A model generated the notes under the pieces. That model was not told the origin of the DNA. It was given only the letters and a program-made list of their open reading frames with translations, and searched no databases. Positions 40,176-53,965 of a DNA stretch of 64,000 bases are shown in pieces. The stretch's first letter is position 1. Each line of letters opens with the position of its first letter. Source of the stretch: Octopus vulgaris (Eukaryota); contig OX597818.1 in NCBI GenBank assembly GCA_951406725.2, forward strand, positions 24,180,001-24,244,000, in the 5' to 3' direction. The position numbers and the translations under genes were made by a program.

Positions 40176-40550
40176 TAAAGAGCAATAAAAGAAATTCGTT
40201 AATATGTGTGGTAAAAAGTATTGTGATGAATTAGATAACAATTTCTAAGAAATCCTATCTGTGTGTCATGTCTACATATTAGTAATATGATGAATGACAA
40301 AGGAGTTACAGACAAATTTTCTATAAGTTCATCAACTTTGAGATATTTCTTATTCAGTTATTCTCTAACCCAAGCAGAGAAGCAGATGTGATGGAATAAA
40401 ATGGGAAAAAAAGCCTTGATGAAGATAACGAAAAATTATTATATTAAAAAGGATATGAATTGAAAAAGATATATTCAGAAACTAAATTCAGAAAATAAAT
40501 ATCTATTGAATCAAAATGTTAATAAAAACCTGAAGAAAATTTTAAACAAC

Positions 40551-40592
<42 letters not shown>

Positions 40593-40830
40593 ATGTAAAC
40601 ACACACACACACACACGTGCACTTTTTTATTTCACTTTTTTATTTAGCATAAATTCTTTTACACTAAACACACATCAGAACTACTGTATAACATTGTGCT
40701 GAATAGCTTTCTTGTCCTTTTGTGATAAAATTCAGGTCTAGGAAAAAAAAAAAAATGAAAATAAACCTAAATGCAATTACTTTCTATATAAATTTTTTTT
40801 AAATTTCAGATTTGATTAATGCAATACGAC

Positions 40831-40864
<34 letters not shown>

Positions 40865-41024
40865 ATATACACATACATACATATATAGATATCCACATAT
40901 GCACAATATATGTAAAACTTTTTTAAAATTCAGTGAAGATAAGCAAAGTCTTTCGTTCTACTATAGGTTTAAGAACAAATACTTCGTAAGTTAAAAAAAC
41001 TAACATGAACATAAAAAAATTATA

Positions 41025-42145
41025 ACCCAGTGTAAGCTATGGACACATAAGAGGTGCAGCAACATCAAAGGAAGATTAACTAGGAAGATAGCTTTCGTGT
41101 GCAGCAGATGCACAGGGGCAATAGACACCACAGATGCTCAGAAAACAAACTCCATCACATGCCAGGGGGAAGAACTAGAAGTAGTTGATAGATTCCATTA
41201 CCTAGGTGACCAAGTCTGTAGTTGGGGTGGATGCTCAGAGAGTGTTACCGTTAGAATAAGAATAGCCTGGGCAAAGTTCAGAAAGCTTCTACCCCTACTG
41301 GTGACAAAGGGCCTCTCACTCAGAGTGAAAGGTAGATTGTATGATGCATGTGTGTGAACTGCCATGCTTCATGGCAGTGAAACATGGGCCATGACTGCTG
41401 AAGACATGCGTAGGCTTGAAAGAAATGAAGCTAGCATGATCTGCTGGATGTGTAATGTCAGTGTGCACACACGACAGAGTGTAAACGACCTGAGAGAAAT
41501 GTTAGACATAAGAAGCATCGGCTGTGGCATGCAAGAGAGACGTTCACATTGGTATGGTCATGTACTGTGGATGGACGAGGAGAGCTGTGTGAAGAAGTGC
41601 CACTCACAAACAGTGGAAGGAATCCAGGGTAGAGAGAGACCTAGGAAGACATGGGATGAAGTGGTGAAGCATGACCTTTGAATGTTGGGCTTCACAAAGG
41701 CAATGACAAAAGACTAAGACCTTTGGAGGTAATCTGTGACTGAGAAGACCTGGCAAATAAAGTGAGTTCACAGCTGTAACCTACACCAGTGTCACATAAC
41801 TAGCCCTCTTAAAAGTACCTTGGATTGTAGGGTGATATGCCATGCTTGAGGAGACCTATTGAGTCAAGTACATCAACATCAAAATCTGAACGTGGCCAAT
41901 GGCATGTAAAAAGCACCACCCAATTGTGGTTGATGCCAGCTTCCCTGGCCCCTGTGCCAGTGGCACATAAAAAACACCCACTATACTCTCGGAGTGGTTG
42001 ATGTTAGGAAGGGAATCCAGCTGTAGAAGCACTGCCAGATCAGATTGGGGCCTGGTATAGCCTCATGGCTTCCCAGACCCCAGTCGAACCATCCAACCCA
42101 TACCAGCATGGAAAATGGACGTTAAATGATGATGATGATGATGAC
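41025..42145 (+). mobile_element. RTE-clade LINE 3' part with 3' UTR and (GAT)n tail
   Basis: TQCKLWTHKRCS..., FHYLGDQV, RIAWAKFRKLLPLL, MLHGSETW, RPRKTWDEVV. Same family as 26187-27975. Confidence 0.9.
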
Positions 42146-42859
42146 ACATATAAATGTAAACGTAAGAAAATAAACATATTTACCACACTTACTCAAATAA
42201 AATGTCTGCTTGTTTTCACACCTGTTTTTACATGCAAGCATGGGTTATGTGAATATGTTATTGAGGCATTATTTTATAGCCAGCAACCCTTCCTGTTACT
42301 AACACTTACCTGTTTTTCAAGTAAGGTATCTCTTATTACACTTATCTTCAAAGGCACAAAGCCAGCAGAAATGATAACGATGTCACAACCAGTAATTGAG
42401 TAATTTTTGGAGAGGCTCAAATAAAAACAATCACACACACCTTTCTTTATACCTTTTTCACTGGGCTACTATTTTGTGTTTTAATATTTTGCAAGTAAAG
42501 AATGTTGATAGTTACTTTCCATAAATATTTTGAAGTGAGGGCAAAAAGGTACAATGAAACAATTGAGATATAGCAGAATACTGCTAGGTAAGAAATCCTG
42601 TAGGAAAGTGTGCTCAGAAAATAAAAAATCTCAACAGAAATACATTCACAACCATTTAAAATTGCTTCTGTTGTAGCTGAAATTTTCCTCAAACCAAAGG
42701 CCAGTGAATGAGGAAACTACATCTATATCAAAGTGATATGTCAATTGTATTTGTCACATCTAATGAATGATCTTTTAATTTCAGTATTTTGTACATGCCC
42801 TTAACTAATACTAACAACAGTCAGAGAAAGATCAGAGGGTTATTATCTCTGTTGGTAAT

Positions 42860-43325
42860 TGTCAGAGTGAAAGGCAGATTGCATGCGGCCTGACAATGAA
42901 GAGAGATACTACATGGTAGTTAAATGTGAGTTAGGAATAAGAGGATATATATGCAAAGACTAGAAAGAAATGACATTGCATATCCAGTAAAGCATAGAAG
43001 CTTTACTGGATATGCAATGTCAGTGCGTATGTACAATAAAGTGTAAATATATATAGAGAAATAACTGGGCATAAGAGACATCAAATGGGGAATGCAACAG
43101 AGAAGACAGTGCTGGTATAAACATATGATAGATGAGGTTAGCTGCATAAAGAAATGCTGATTTTCCAAATGAGGATGGAACTTGTGGAAGATGAAGACCC
43201 AGGAAGACGTGGGACAAAGTAGTGAAGATTGACTGCAGGATGTTGATGTTGAAACTCAGGAAAGAAATGACAAAGGACTGAAATGATTTGTGATTTATGG
43301 TGCTTGAGAAGAGCACAGTTAACAC
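42860..43325 (+). mobile_element. Older RTE 3' fragment
   Basis: Similar to 41320-41750 (cagagtgaaaggcagattg; agacccaggaagacgtgggac). Confidence 0.65.
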
Positions 43326-46165
43326 ATCTAGCAGATAAAAAAAAAAATAAATAAAATAAAATGAAAAAAAAAAAAAGAGGTCCTAGAAGTATATCACATA
43401 TGTTTATGCCTCCACACCCACTTTCTCCCAGTGAAGCTTTCCCTACAATTCATCTTCCTATCATCTGCCCCTCCATCATTCTTCTGACTATGGCACAATT
43501 TATACTCAGGTATTGTAATAGCAGAACTGACATGCTCAATTCTACTTTTTATGCTACCAGTTGTCCCTCTTCTTGGGACTACTTCCCTTGTCACCAGTCC
43601 TGCTCTCTCAACATCACCCCTAACCGCTTTATTTTTTACTGAAAGCACCCTTCCCTTTAAACATCTCATATCTGCCATCCAAAACCCCACCTTCTTGCTT
43701 TCCCTTTTACCTTACACTTGCACTTGCTCCTACCTGATCACATCCATGCTTTACTCACACTTAACAATTACACACACACACACACTAATACCACACAACT
43801 CCATCAGCCTATATCACTATACTTCAGAATTTGTCTACACACATATATGTACTCCTAGAACCCCTCTCCACATTTGCACATCTCTAAACATAGATACACT
43901 CACACATACACATCCACCCTCCCCTTCTTATCTTCACTCCCATATTCCCATCTGGCTCCTAACTGCTCTTTTCATTTTGTTTTTTCTCTTTTCCTCACCT
44001 AGTTTCCTCTTTCTTGCTCCCCTATACTTTTCTCTTATTTCAGATGAAGGCCTAAAATCCAAAATCTTAAGACTCTTTCTCTTCCTTTTAATCATTAAGC
44101 TAATACTGTATTTGTTAAACCTTGTCCCTGCTGCATTGTCTTTTATTGTTCATTGTATTTACAATATATTTTTAATGTAGAGCCTGAGAGGGTCCTTTAG
44201 TCCTGCTGGGGGCAAGACTACCTCTAAAGTGCTGCTGCTACAAAATAATGCATACAGAACATTTGGCAGTGTGTTTGGTGTTAGGAAGAGCAACTGGCTA
44301 TAGACATTGGAGCAAGATAAGGTCTTCCAGTCTATTAGATCCTGTCAAACTGTCCAACCTATGCCAGCATGGTGGTGGTGCTGCTGTTGCAGATGAGGAT
44401 GATATATTACATGCATACACAGCATACAAAACATATCTGGAAAGATGTACCCACATTCATTTCTTGTCAGTTTTGGAGCAAGAAAGAGGGTTTGTACTTT
44501 GCTCACCCAAAGTTTTGGTTCTAGAACTAAATCTAAATCAAGACATTACCATTTTGCCTGAAGAAATCTTAAAACTTGCTGGTTTTGAACTTATGGTAGA
44601 AGATTTACAATAGGCAGTAATTTCTGCAGGATAGTCATTAGGCTAGAAAAGGAACCACATGTGTGCTCATTAAAACTATTCAATCAAGAAGATGTCATTC
44701 ACAAAATGAAATACACTACTGCCATATAAAAGAGCAAGAAGAATGAGAAACATTCAAATAAGAAACTGGAAAAAATTAACCCCAGGTAGTCTTCAGTAAA
44801 TGGCACTGTAAAAATTTTACCATAGAGCTCACCTAAAATTCTGTCACAATTTTCAGGAGACACAATGATAATAAAAAGCCACAAGGTAAAATATATTTTA
44901 CATAATTTTCATCAATGTAATTCATATACTATACTGTAAATAGTTTCAGAAATAGAAATATTAATTATTTACTGAAAAATAACTGGTTATGTGCTAATAC
45001 CTTGAGATAGGCAAAAATCCACATTATTAAAATACTTGATGTGAGTGCTTAAGTCAGTAAAGCTACTTGGGTGAATATAGAGGTCAAACAACTAAATTCT
45101 GTAAAGTGTGAAAATGAGCTTTTTTTCAGAAATCACTTTATATGAGTAACAAGTCAAAGATTTTACTTTTTTTTGTTATATATTTTCTGCTTTGGCTATT
45201 TAGGTAAAATTCAATGTTGTTCTTATTAAATTATGTGTTTTATAATAACTTGAAGGAAAATGAACTCCCAATGAGCTTTCAACTCTTGGTTAGATCCTGA
45301 CATTTCACTTCTATTGTTTTCACTTGACTAATATTGTTGGAAAAAGTATAAGCAATGAAACATTATTAATTCTCTGATACTCCAAAATTTTTTCCTTATT
45401 AAGAAGCCACTATGTTACTGCTTCAATGAATTATTCATAATAAAGAAAAAGTTGAGAAACATCTCCTTCATGCATCATTTACATGAAGCTATACACCAAA
45501 CAAAATGACCATCTAAGATAAGTAAAATTTATTTAAAATATAAAATATTTGAAAATTAATTGGGATCTCACACATAAAGAATACTCAGATTCAGTTTGAA
45601 TTCTCAGTAAAAAAATACAGAAGAAAAAGTAAATTACTATTATTGGAAGATAAAACAAAACAAAACAAAACCTTTAGAATTTTATAATTTTGTGGAAAAA
45701 TTTTGAGTTGAAGGAAGAACAGCATCCTGAATAGTAAAAATTGCTGTAGTTGATGCTCAGGTCGAATTTTTGTTAATAAATGCCTATGATAAAATGTGAA
45801 TCCTGTAGAAATTCCAGAGAGATAGTTTTGAGAGAGAATACTAAACAAAGAGATTAGTTTGTGCTTGGGGATAATATACAATGGAGATGAGAATAGAAGA
45901 ATACATGAGAATGTATCAGCTGGTAATAAACAGCTTTATAAGTTCAAATGAGCAGAAGCCATTATCATAGAAGAGACAGATAAAAAGCAATGTATTTGTG
46001 AGTTAGCAGTTGCAGTACTTTGCCATTTAGTTAGATAGCTTTCTTTTAGCCTTGTTACAGGAGGCCAAGATGTTCATTAATAGGACCATCCCAGAATGTA
46101 AGCAACAGTTTAACATGGGCTACATTTCAATTCTACAGGATTAGCAACTGATCAGGACTAAAGTA

Positions 46166-47006
46166 TTGGGTCTTCCCATAAATAATTCAGCTTTTTCAAT
46201 TGCATGAACTAAAAGTTGGAGGGGAACAGGATAAACTACCTGCATCAACTTGCTATAAAACCAGTAATAATTTTACCTTGTGCTTATTCTTAGCACCAGT
46301 TTTGAAGAGTGCAGTTTGATTTTAACAGTTAGTTTTTCAAAGTTGTAATGGAAGTGACAAAGGAGTATATTCAGCATATTTTGCTTTATGAGTTCAATAA
46401 AGGTAATAATGCAATGGAAAGTGTGAGGAATATTAATGCAGCATATGGGGATCAGACAATAAGTGTAAGCCAGTGTCAATGGTGGTTCCAGAAATTCCAA
46501 GCTGGAAACTACAGCCTAGAAGACAAGCATTGTCCTGGAAGATCTGTAGAGCTCAGTGAATTTGTCCTGCAAAACCTGATGAAACAAAATCCCATTGTAA
46601 CTGTTGAAGAACCAGCAGAGAAGCTCGGATTTGGTCATTCAACCATTCATTAACACCTGCATGCCACCAGAAGAGTATTGTAGAAAATGAAGGAGAGTAT
46701 ATTTTAGATTGAAAAAGAACTTTGTTTATCTTAACCCTTTCGTTACCAACCCGGCTGAAACCGGCTCTGGCTCTTTAGTATAAATGTCTTGTTTTCATAA
46801 GTTCTGAATTCAAATCTTCCACCAAATCTTAGTCACAATTTATGTTCCGAACACTAGCTTAATGATAACAATGTTATTTTACTAAATTCTTTGTTATATT
46901 TAAAATAATTGAAAGAAACACAGAGCATCTCAAAATAAATACGGTAACGAAAGGGTTAATCTTGAAAAATAAAAGAAGTATAAAAGTCCCACATTATTTA
47001 TGGGAT
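46166..47006 (+). mobile_element. Internally deleted mariner element (HTH N-terminus only)
   Basis: ORF 46348-46653 reads ILLYEFNKGNNA...WFQKFQAGNYSLED..PGR. TIR cccataaataat / attatttatggga. Confidence 0.85.
46735..46955. mobile_element. piggyBac-like MITE nested in the mariner
   Basis: TTAA|CCCTTTCGTTACC ... GGTAACGAAAGGG|TTAA: perfect 13-bp TIR and TTAA TSD. Confidence 0.9.
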
Positions 47007-47834
47007 ATTTGCTGGTCCTGAAGAAAAAAACTTGTCTTAAGACTGCAGTACTGATAATGTTGTGTGTGTGTGTGTACATGCACACATATGTGTTCATGCA
47101 TGTGTGTGAGCTTGAACATCAGAAATTACGAGGCCTAGCATTTATTAGAAATCTGAGATATTAGCCATGTGCTGTTCATGCAAAGGAATGAGGGAGTCCT
47201 CAATACAGGATATTTTTGAAGTCTGTTCAATGAAGTGGTGCAATTATGGCATGAATTGTTTAGATTGTGTAGCATAAATAATACCTGTACTTGAATAGTT
47301 GAATGAAGAATGGTATCATATGTTTAGAAGTGCCAGTGTAATTAAAAATAATTGTGAAGTCATTAACATTCAAAGGTAAGAATGTGTTCAATGTAACCAA
47401 ACTCTGAGATAGATTGGAGCTAATAAAAGCTTTAACACACTGCAAAAGCTTGAAACTTTTTAATAAGCAAGATGTTTTATCATTTATTTAAAAATTTAGT
47501 TCAGTAAATAGTAGAATAAGTAATGTTGGACAAAATTCTTTGCAGTATTTAGTTTAGAATTACATGGATTTTAGTGGAGCTGATTTCATATTTCAATCTA
47601 TCAGTTAAGTATTATGGTTATCATTTTTTAATTTAAAAATAATAGAGTACCAGTTAGTTTTAGTTTAGTTTCTTATGTTTTGAGCTCAAATGCCACTCAA
47701 TACTTTGTCTTATATCCCATTTGTGTTGGTAAAAGAAAAATTACCAGGGATGTGCTGAGCTGAATCAGTCTTATATTCTTTGAATTGAAATTTTATTGAA
47801 AATGACTTCAATTTTTTTTTCTTGTTAGTTTATA

Positions 47835-48150
47835 GGTGCAGGCATACCTGTTTGATAAGAAGCTTATTTCTCAACCACATGGTTCCAGGTGCAGTCCACT
47901 GTGTAACACCAAGGCTTTGTAAGTGGATTTGCTAGATGGAAACTGAAAGAAGCCCATTGAATATGTGTGTGTGTGTCTTTGTGTTTGTCCCCATCATTGC
48001 TTTATAAATGGTTTTGGTTTGTTTATGTTTTCATAACTTAGCAGTTTGGCAAAATAAGACTGATTAAAATAAGTATCAAGATTAGAAAGAAAGTACTGCT
48101 CCAGCATGGTCACAGTCTAATGATTGAAACAAATAAAAAATAAAAAAGAA
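47835..48150 (+). mobile_element. tRNA-type SINE (related heads at about 50855, 55475, 7645)
   Basis: gcaggcat...taagaagctt...aaccacatggttccaggt(t)cagtcc head; gagtggatttggtaga..aaactgaaagaagccc body shared among copies. Confidence 0.6.
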
Positions 48151-49749
48151 TAAAATATGTAACTAAATTATACCATGTTCAAAAGGTTATTTGTTTCAGA
48201 ATTTATCTTGTATCTAATGAAAAGAAATTATTAGTCAGTTTCATTTTTGGCACAAAATATACTGATTAAATAATATATTGAATCATCACTCAAAGTAAAC
48301 ATCAATTTAGTAATATATTTTCAAAATAAATTGACTGAATTTTTATGAGATATAAAGTAAAATGCATAAAATGATGCTCAAAATGAGACAGGCTTGATAT
48401 TAATGCTAAATATAGCTAATCAGTTGGATTAAATGGATTCCCCATTTGTCATTAAAAAATATACAAAAAAAGAATAAAACAAAACTTGAAAGCAATCAGT
48501 ATTTGTAATACTTTCCTAGAAAGTTAGGAATGTTATTTATTCTACCAGTTGAGAATCAGAGATAAAAATTATTAAAAATTGGTTTTATAGTAGTACATTT
48601 AGTCATGTTGGCACATTTAGGGTCAGAAAAGTGTAAACAACAGATTCTGAGCCAAAATTATTAGAGTGAAGTATTGAGAGCTTATGAAACATTCCTTTAT
48701 GAAAATGGCAGAGTTGCTAAGCATCTGTTGTATGATATAAAATACAACAGAAAAAAAAGCATAAACCAACATAAACAGTATTCTTTCTTATAGGCAATCT
48801 TTAGCATTTAGACTTGTTTAAAGATTGTAATGTGATTAGTTTGTATGAGATAAAGCTTAAGTAATTTTCTAAAGATTCTGAATAATAAGCACAGCATATG
48901 ATTTTTTACAGCAAACATTGTTTTCCAAACATCATCTGCTGCTCTTGAACAAAACTAAGACTTGTTGGCATTTTATTTCATTTTACTTATGAATATCAAG
49001 TGAAAGAATACAATTCTGGCAAGTATTAAAAGTATCAAACTGTTTGAAGCCTTGCTGGAATTATTTGTTGATTTAGTCAAAACTATAATAAACAGATGAA
49101 TTATGAGAAATAGATTAAGACAGTTATGCAACACAAAACAACCAGATGTTGAGACACATACAATTTCAAATATTAGAGTATATACATACACATATTGGTG
49201 GAGCTACATTGTATGAGGATGATAATTCAGTTATTTTGTGAACTGAATAACCTACTCTTGAACTAATGTACAAGTGGCTGAGTATTCCAGATACATGTAC
49301 CCTTAACATAACAAGTAAAATAAGCATGACACAGTGCGTAGTGTGTAAAGTGTGTATCTTTTGATTTATGGATAGAATTTAACTGGTGGGCTAACAGTTT
49401 CTATCTACCCAATTACACTCACTAGATGTGTTGACCAGAAGCTATAGGAAATGACATTTACCCAAAATGCTATGTAGTGTGACTGAATGCAGGAATTTGC
49501 AGTTGTGAAGTGAAATTCTTGACTATTCAGCCATACTACAAGCACACACACATATGCATACACATACATATATATGCACCTTTATGAGTACACTTGTCAC
49601 CACTTTGGTGAAACAGTGATGTTGGCATCCCTTGTCATTATTTGCACTTTCAAAAGACCTGTTTTTCAGTCAAGTCCCTTACCCACAAAAAAAAAAACTG
49701 GTAAGAGTTGGTAACAAAAGTATCTGACTATAAAATCTTGTCTCAAATA

Positions 49750-49935
49750 ACTCAAACACACACATGTAACCTATGGGTGCATAAGAGATGCAATGGAATC
49801 TTGGGTAGATTATCAGATACGGTTGCTTTCATGTGTGGCAGATGCACAAGAACAGTAAGTACTAAGAGCATGAGGGACTTAAACACTCTCAAATGCCCAA
49901 GAGGCTCTCTTGAGGTAGTAGATAGTTTCTCTTCA
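49750..49935 (+). mobile_element. RTE fragment containing the Cys/His finger
   Basis: TCNLWVHKRCNGILGRL...FMCGRC...LEVVDSF. Confidence 0.7.
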
Positions 49936-49964
49936 AGGTAAGGCAACAAAAAAGATACAGCAAC

Positions 49965-50842
49965 TGTATCTTGTTTTATAATTCACTTAAATGTTTGTGT
50001 GAAAGTGCATTTCTTACTCCAAAAAATGAGACAGTAGCAAGGATCAACCATGAATTAATTAACAAGATTCCAACAATCATTAAGAAGTACAAATCAGTTG
50101 ATTCAGTCCTTGATGAAAATCAAGCTGTCCATTACCCAACAGAGTTCCTTAATTCTCTTGAGCCACCTGGAACTCACAAACTTTTTCTGAAAGTAGGAGT
50201 CCCAATAATGCTTCTAAGAAATTTAGATCCTCCTAAATTAAGCAATGGGACAAGGTTGATTGTGAAGACATTATCATCTACTGTGCTAGAAGCTACCGTC
50301 ATTACTGGATGTGTCTCTAGGGAAGAAGTTTTCATTCTAAGAATCCCAATCAAACCAACAGACATGCCATTTAAGTTCAAATGAACATAATTTCCAGTGT
50401 GACTTTGCTTTGCAATGTGTATTAATAAAGCTCTAGGTCAGTCTTTGAAATCTACTGGCTTGCTTTTCTCATGGTCAACTTTATGTTGGTTGCTCCAGGG
50501 AAGGTAGTTTGCAACACTTATTTGTCTATGTTCCAAACCAGAAAACAAAGAATGTTGTTTACCCAGAAGCTCTTACATAATTTCCTTCAACATATGCGGT
50601 AGAATATATCTCCTTTCATAAAAGTGGTAAATTTTGTATTTTTGTTTATCATTATTATTATTATTATTTTATATTATGAATTCAGAATTGATTTCCCAAC
50701 TAAAGAATAAATTGTATTCCAATTGAAGAATAAATTGAATTTAGAATACAATTTTCTATACAACATATTTTACTTCCCCCACCCCAATATATAAAGAAAA
50801 ATTTCATTCCTGGGCAATGCTGGGTGCCTCTGCTCATACTAG
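49965..50842 (+). mobile_element. Helitron 3' fragment, PIF1-type helicase C-terminus
   Basis: LTPKNETV, YPTEFLNSLEPPG, LKVGVPIMLLRNLDPPKLSNGTRL, FAMCINKALGQSL, FSHGQLYVGCSR, TKNVVYPEAL*. The 3' hairpin-like cctgggcaatgctggg is followed by CTAG at 50839-50842. Confidence 0.9.
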
Positions 50843-53214
50843 ATAAAAAGCAGCAGGCATGACTGAGTGTTTAAGAAGTTCCCTTCACAACTGCCTGGTT
50901 TTGGATTTAGTCCCATTGTATAGCATCTTGGGCAGGTATCTTCTTTGCTACTATGATCTACTTTTGGTATATCAGTACATTTTCCACTTGATTTACAATT
51001 AGAGTACATATGATATAAAACTGCCAAGGGAAAACTAATGAGAAGAGAAGAAAGTTAAATGACAATGACTGGGTAGAGATGAAAGACAAGATGAATGATA
51101 ATCAAGCAAATAGAAAATTCAAGTTGACAAGAAACATAAAGAAAATCAAAGACGGAAGGATATGAAACAGAAAGAGGAGTGAGACATAAGTAAAGTTGAA
51201 ATCTATGCATGACAGAAAGATTAAAAAAGAGATGAAACAACAGTGATGAAAATATAAAGTTATAAAGTAAAGGAAAATTGAAACAAAAAGTGAAATATGA
51301 AAATAAAATATTACATTTATGTATTTGTTTTGCAAGAGACTTGATGTGAAATTGTGTGTTGAAACAGATATTGTTATATTTGGGAATAGTCATATTTTAC
51401 CAACCAACCAACCAACCAACCACATGCATTATATGTTTAGTCTTTACTCCAACTTTATTATTATTATTTTTGTTTCTTTATCAAAGCTTTTTCATCACAC
51501 ATCCTGTGACCTCTTCAGTGCCTCTTTATCCCACGTGCCTTCTCTTGTTTTGCTTAGTCTATTTTGTCTTTCTATGATATGTATACTTATCTAGGTAAAG
51601 TGGATATGAGCAAGTAAAATTGAGAGACAGTGAGTTTGAGAGGTGACTTTTGTGTGAGCTGAGTAGAAATGGAAACAAAATAAGCAGCTTTGTTGGTAAA
51701 AATAACTGCTTTCAGAGCTATCTTGGTTGAAGAATGACAGGTAAGTTAATTGCATAAACAAGGTGAGCATGTTTACATGCTCTGTGATGCACAGTAACAT
51801 TTTTTTGCTTTGATGATGCTCATATGGTACAGTGGCGCATAAATACATACTTGCTGAGGATAGTGGATGATTTCTCCCAGATCCCATTGGTAATATTCTT
51901 AGATGCAGGACATCTATGACTTGAAATTTCAAGCTTTGGTTACATAAAAGATATAGAGAAATATTTCAAGAAAGAATGGCTCTCACAGATAAGTCAGGGA
52001 TAAAGAATGGGATAGTCAGCATAGATGTGTTACATTTTTTTATCAATTTACTGTTTAACTAATAGGGATTTTGATGGGTAGAAAATGTGAAATAGATTGA
52101 AATCTTATGGTATCTATTTCAGTTAGATGGATTGAACCATTGGAAAGCTGAGGCTCTCACCCAAGGGTTAAAAATATGCAGTTGTAGAATGAAATGCTTT
52201 TATTAGGCAGTGGTTAGATTTTATGGAAGGAAGAGACTGTCATTGGGTTTGGAGGTAAGAGAATGGTCAACTGTATTTCAAGAGAAATTTGTCAGAGACC
52301 TGTGAGGAAAGGGGAGGATGAAATTATCTCAATCTCTGTATGTAACCTAGCTGGAAATCAGTGGCTAAAGAAGAGCCTGCCAACATATAAGGAATTTAGA
52401 TGTTCTTCGTGAATAAAGGCCCTTCTTCTATTTATCAGTGGCTACTGCTAAATAATCCTGTTCTCTTGTACTCTCTAACAAGCTGGGACAAGAGAAGATG
52501 CAGTTGCATTGCTGACATTGTTTAACCCACAAGTTAATCCTGATTGAGCAGACCTATGATCAAAGGCATTCCAGCTGTAATCAACTTGTCTTTTACTATG
52601 TGTAGGGAACTCAGGATCAAATTATCCTGTTTTTAAAAACAATAAGGTGTGATCTGAAGGAGATTTAACTGCCATTTTTAGAAAGTTGAGTGGACTCTTA
52701 AAGACTCCCACATTGGCAACACCCAAGGAATGTTGTTCAAGATAGTAAATATCTCAAACTCTCTTCCAATAATGTCCATGTAAGGGGAATACAAGAACTA
52801 AAAGTGTGTATTGACATTAGGTGTTCGTATTTCAGGATGAGAGATTGTCAAACAACTGTTGGTGGTTAGAGTTCATAGAGCAGTACACACAGCATATGAA
52901 TTGAGAAGAATGAAGAAGAGACATGAGACTTTCAGTCACAGTAACTGGAAGTCTTTGTTACTCCTGTCCCAGTGAGAAAGATATAAAGAGTAGATTCCTT
53001 GTAATATTATGGTACCGATTTCAGTTAGATAAACTGAGTCCTTGGAAAGCTGCAGCTCTCGCCCAAGGAATATAATATGAAATTTTGTTTGTAATACAAC
53101 TTCTAGAACCATCAATTCTTTCATTCAAATCATGCCATATTTATTGATTTTTAACAATGTTAGTATTCATTTTGCATATCACCTCAAAGATTGATTGAAA
53201 GCTGATGCTTGTGT

Positions 53215-53965
53215 TTAGAAATTAATGCTTAGTATTTAATGACTAGCAGACACTAGTATTTTGTAAATTAATGGCTTGTAGATGATACTAGTATTTTGTA
53301 ATTGGTTTCAAACTTTAGTACAAGGCCAGCAGTTTCTGGGAAGAGGTAAATCAACTATATCAGTCCCAGTATATGACTAGTACCTATTTTATCAACTCCA
53401 AAAGTATGAAAAGCGAAGTTGACCTTGGCGGAATTTGAACTCAGAACATAGAGACAGAAAAAAAAAAAGTCACTAAGCATTTTGCCTGGTGTGCTAATGC
53501 TTCTGCCAGCTCACTGCCTTACTAGCATCTTGTAATTAACAATTACCTAGTTGATACTAGCATTTGAGAATTAAAGGTTGACTATCTGTCACAAACATTC
53601 TGTCATTATAATTGACTAATTGTTTGTAATTAATGGTTGATTAGCTGACAGTAGTATTTAGTAATTAATGGTTGATTAGTTGACAATAGTATTATGCTAT
53701 AAATATTTGACTAGCAGCCACTAGTGTTTTGTAATTAATAGTTAACTAACTGATATAATTATTTCATAATTAATAACTGATTAGCTAACACTTGTATTTT
53801 GTATTTGAAGGTACAGTAGTTGATATTAGTGTCTTGTAATTAATGGTCAATTAGTTGATACTAGTGTTTTGTTGTAAATAGTTGATTAGTGCATTGTGTA
53901 ATTAATAGTTAGCTAGTTGTTTGCAATTATTAGTTGATTAGCTAACACTAATGTCTTGCAATTAA
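53215..53965. repeat. Degenerate minisatellite of about 35-40 bp (tagtattttgtaattaatggttgattagttgacac) interrupted by a SINE
   Basis: Recurrent unit on both sides of 53303-53521. Confidence 0.75.
53303..53521 (-). mobile_element. tRNA-derived SINE; same family at 55234-55445 (+), 57131-57345 (+), 61430-61620 (+), about 17995-18145 (-)
   Basis: Head aaggc(a)gtgagctggcagaa, B-box-like gagttcaaattc, tail ttgtgccaaaatttgaaa shared among copies. Confidence 0.75.

Noticed and set aside
42452-42597. Hydrophobic minus-strand stretch with cag/gtataa boundaries as a candidate SelS transmembrane exon
   Set aside because: Weak donor and no recognisable SelS motif. Hydrophobic translation is expected from T-rich DNA.
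43551-44180. 209-aa ORF and a degenerate hammerhead-like cagatgaaggcc...aaaa near 44040
   Set aside because: Low-complexity translation. The CUGANGA/GAAA core is not intact, so at most this is a decayed Penelope-type terminus.
51717-51746. Possible 25-nt plus-strand micro-exon (ttcag...GACAG/gtaagt)
   Set aside because: No partner exons or protein similarity. Such sites arise by chance.
53215-53965. Regularly spaced repeats superficially like a CRISPR array
   Set aside because: Degenerate tandem units without unique spacers, eukaryotic context, and no cas genes.
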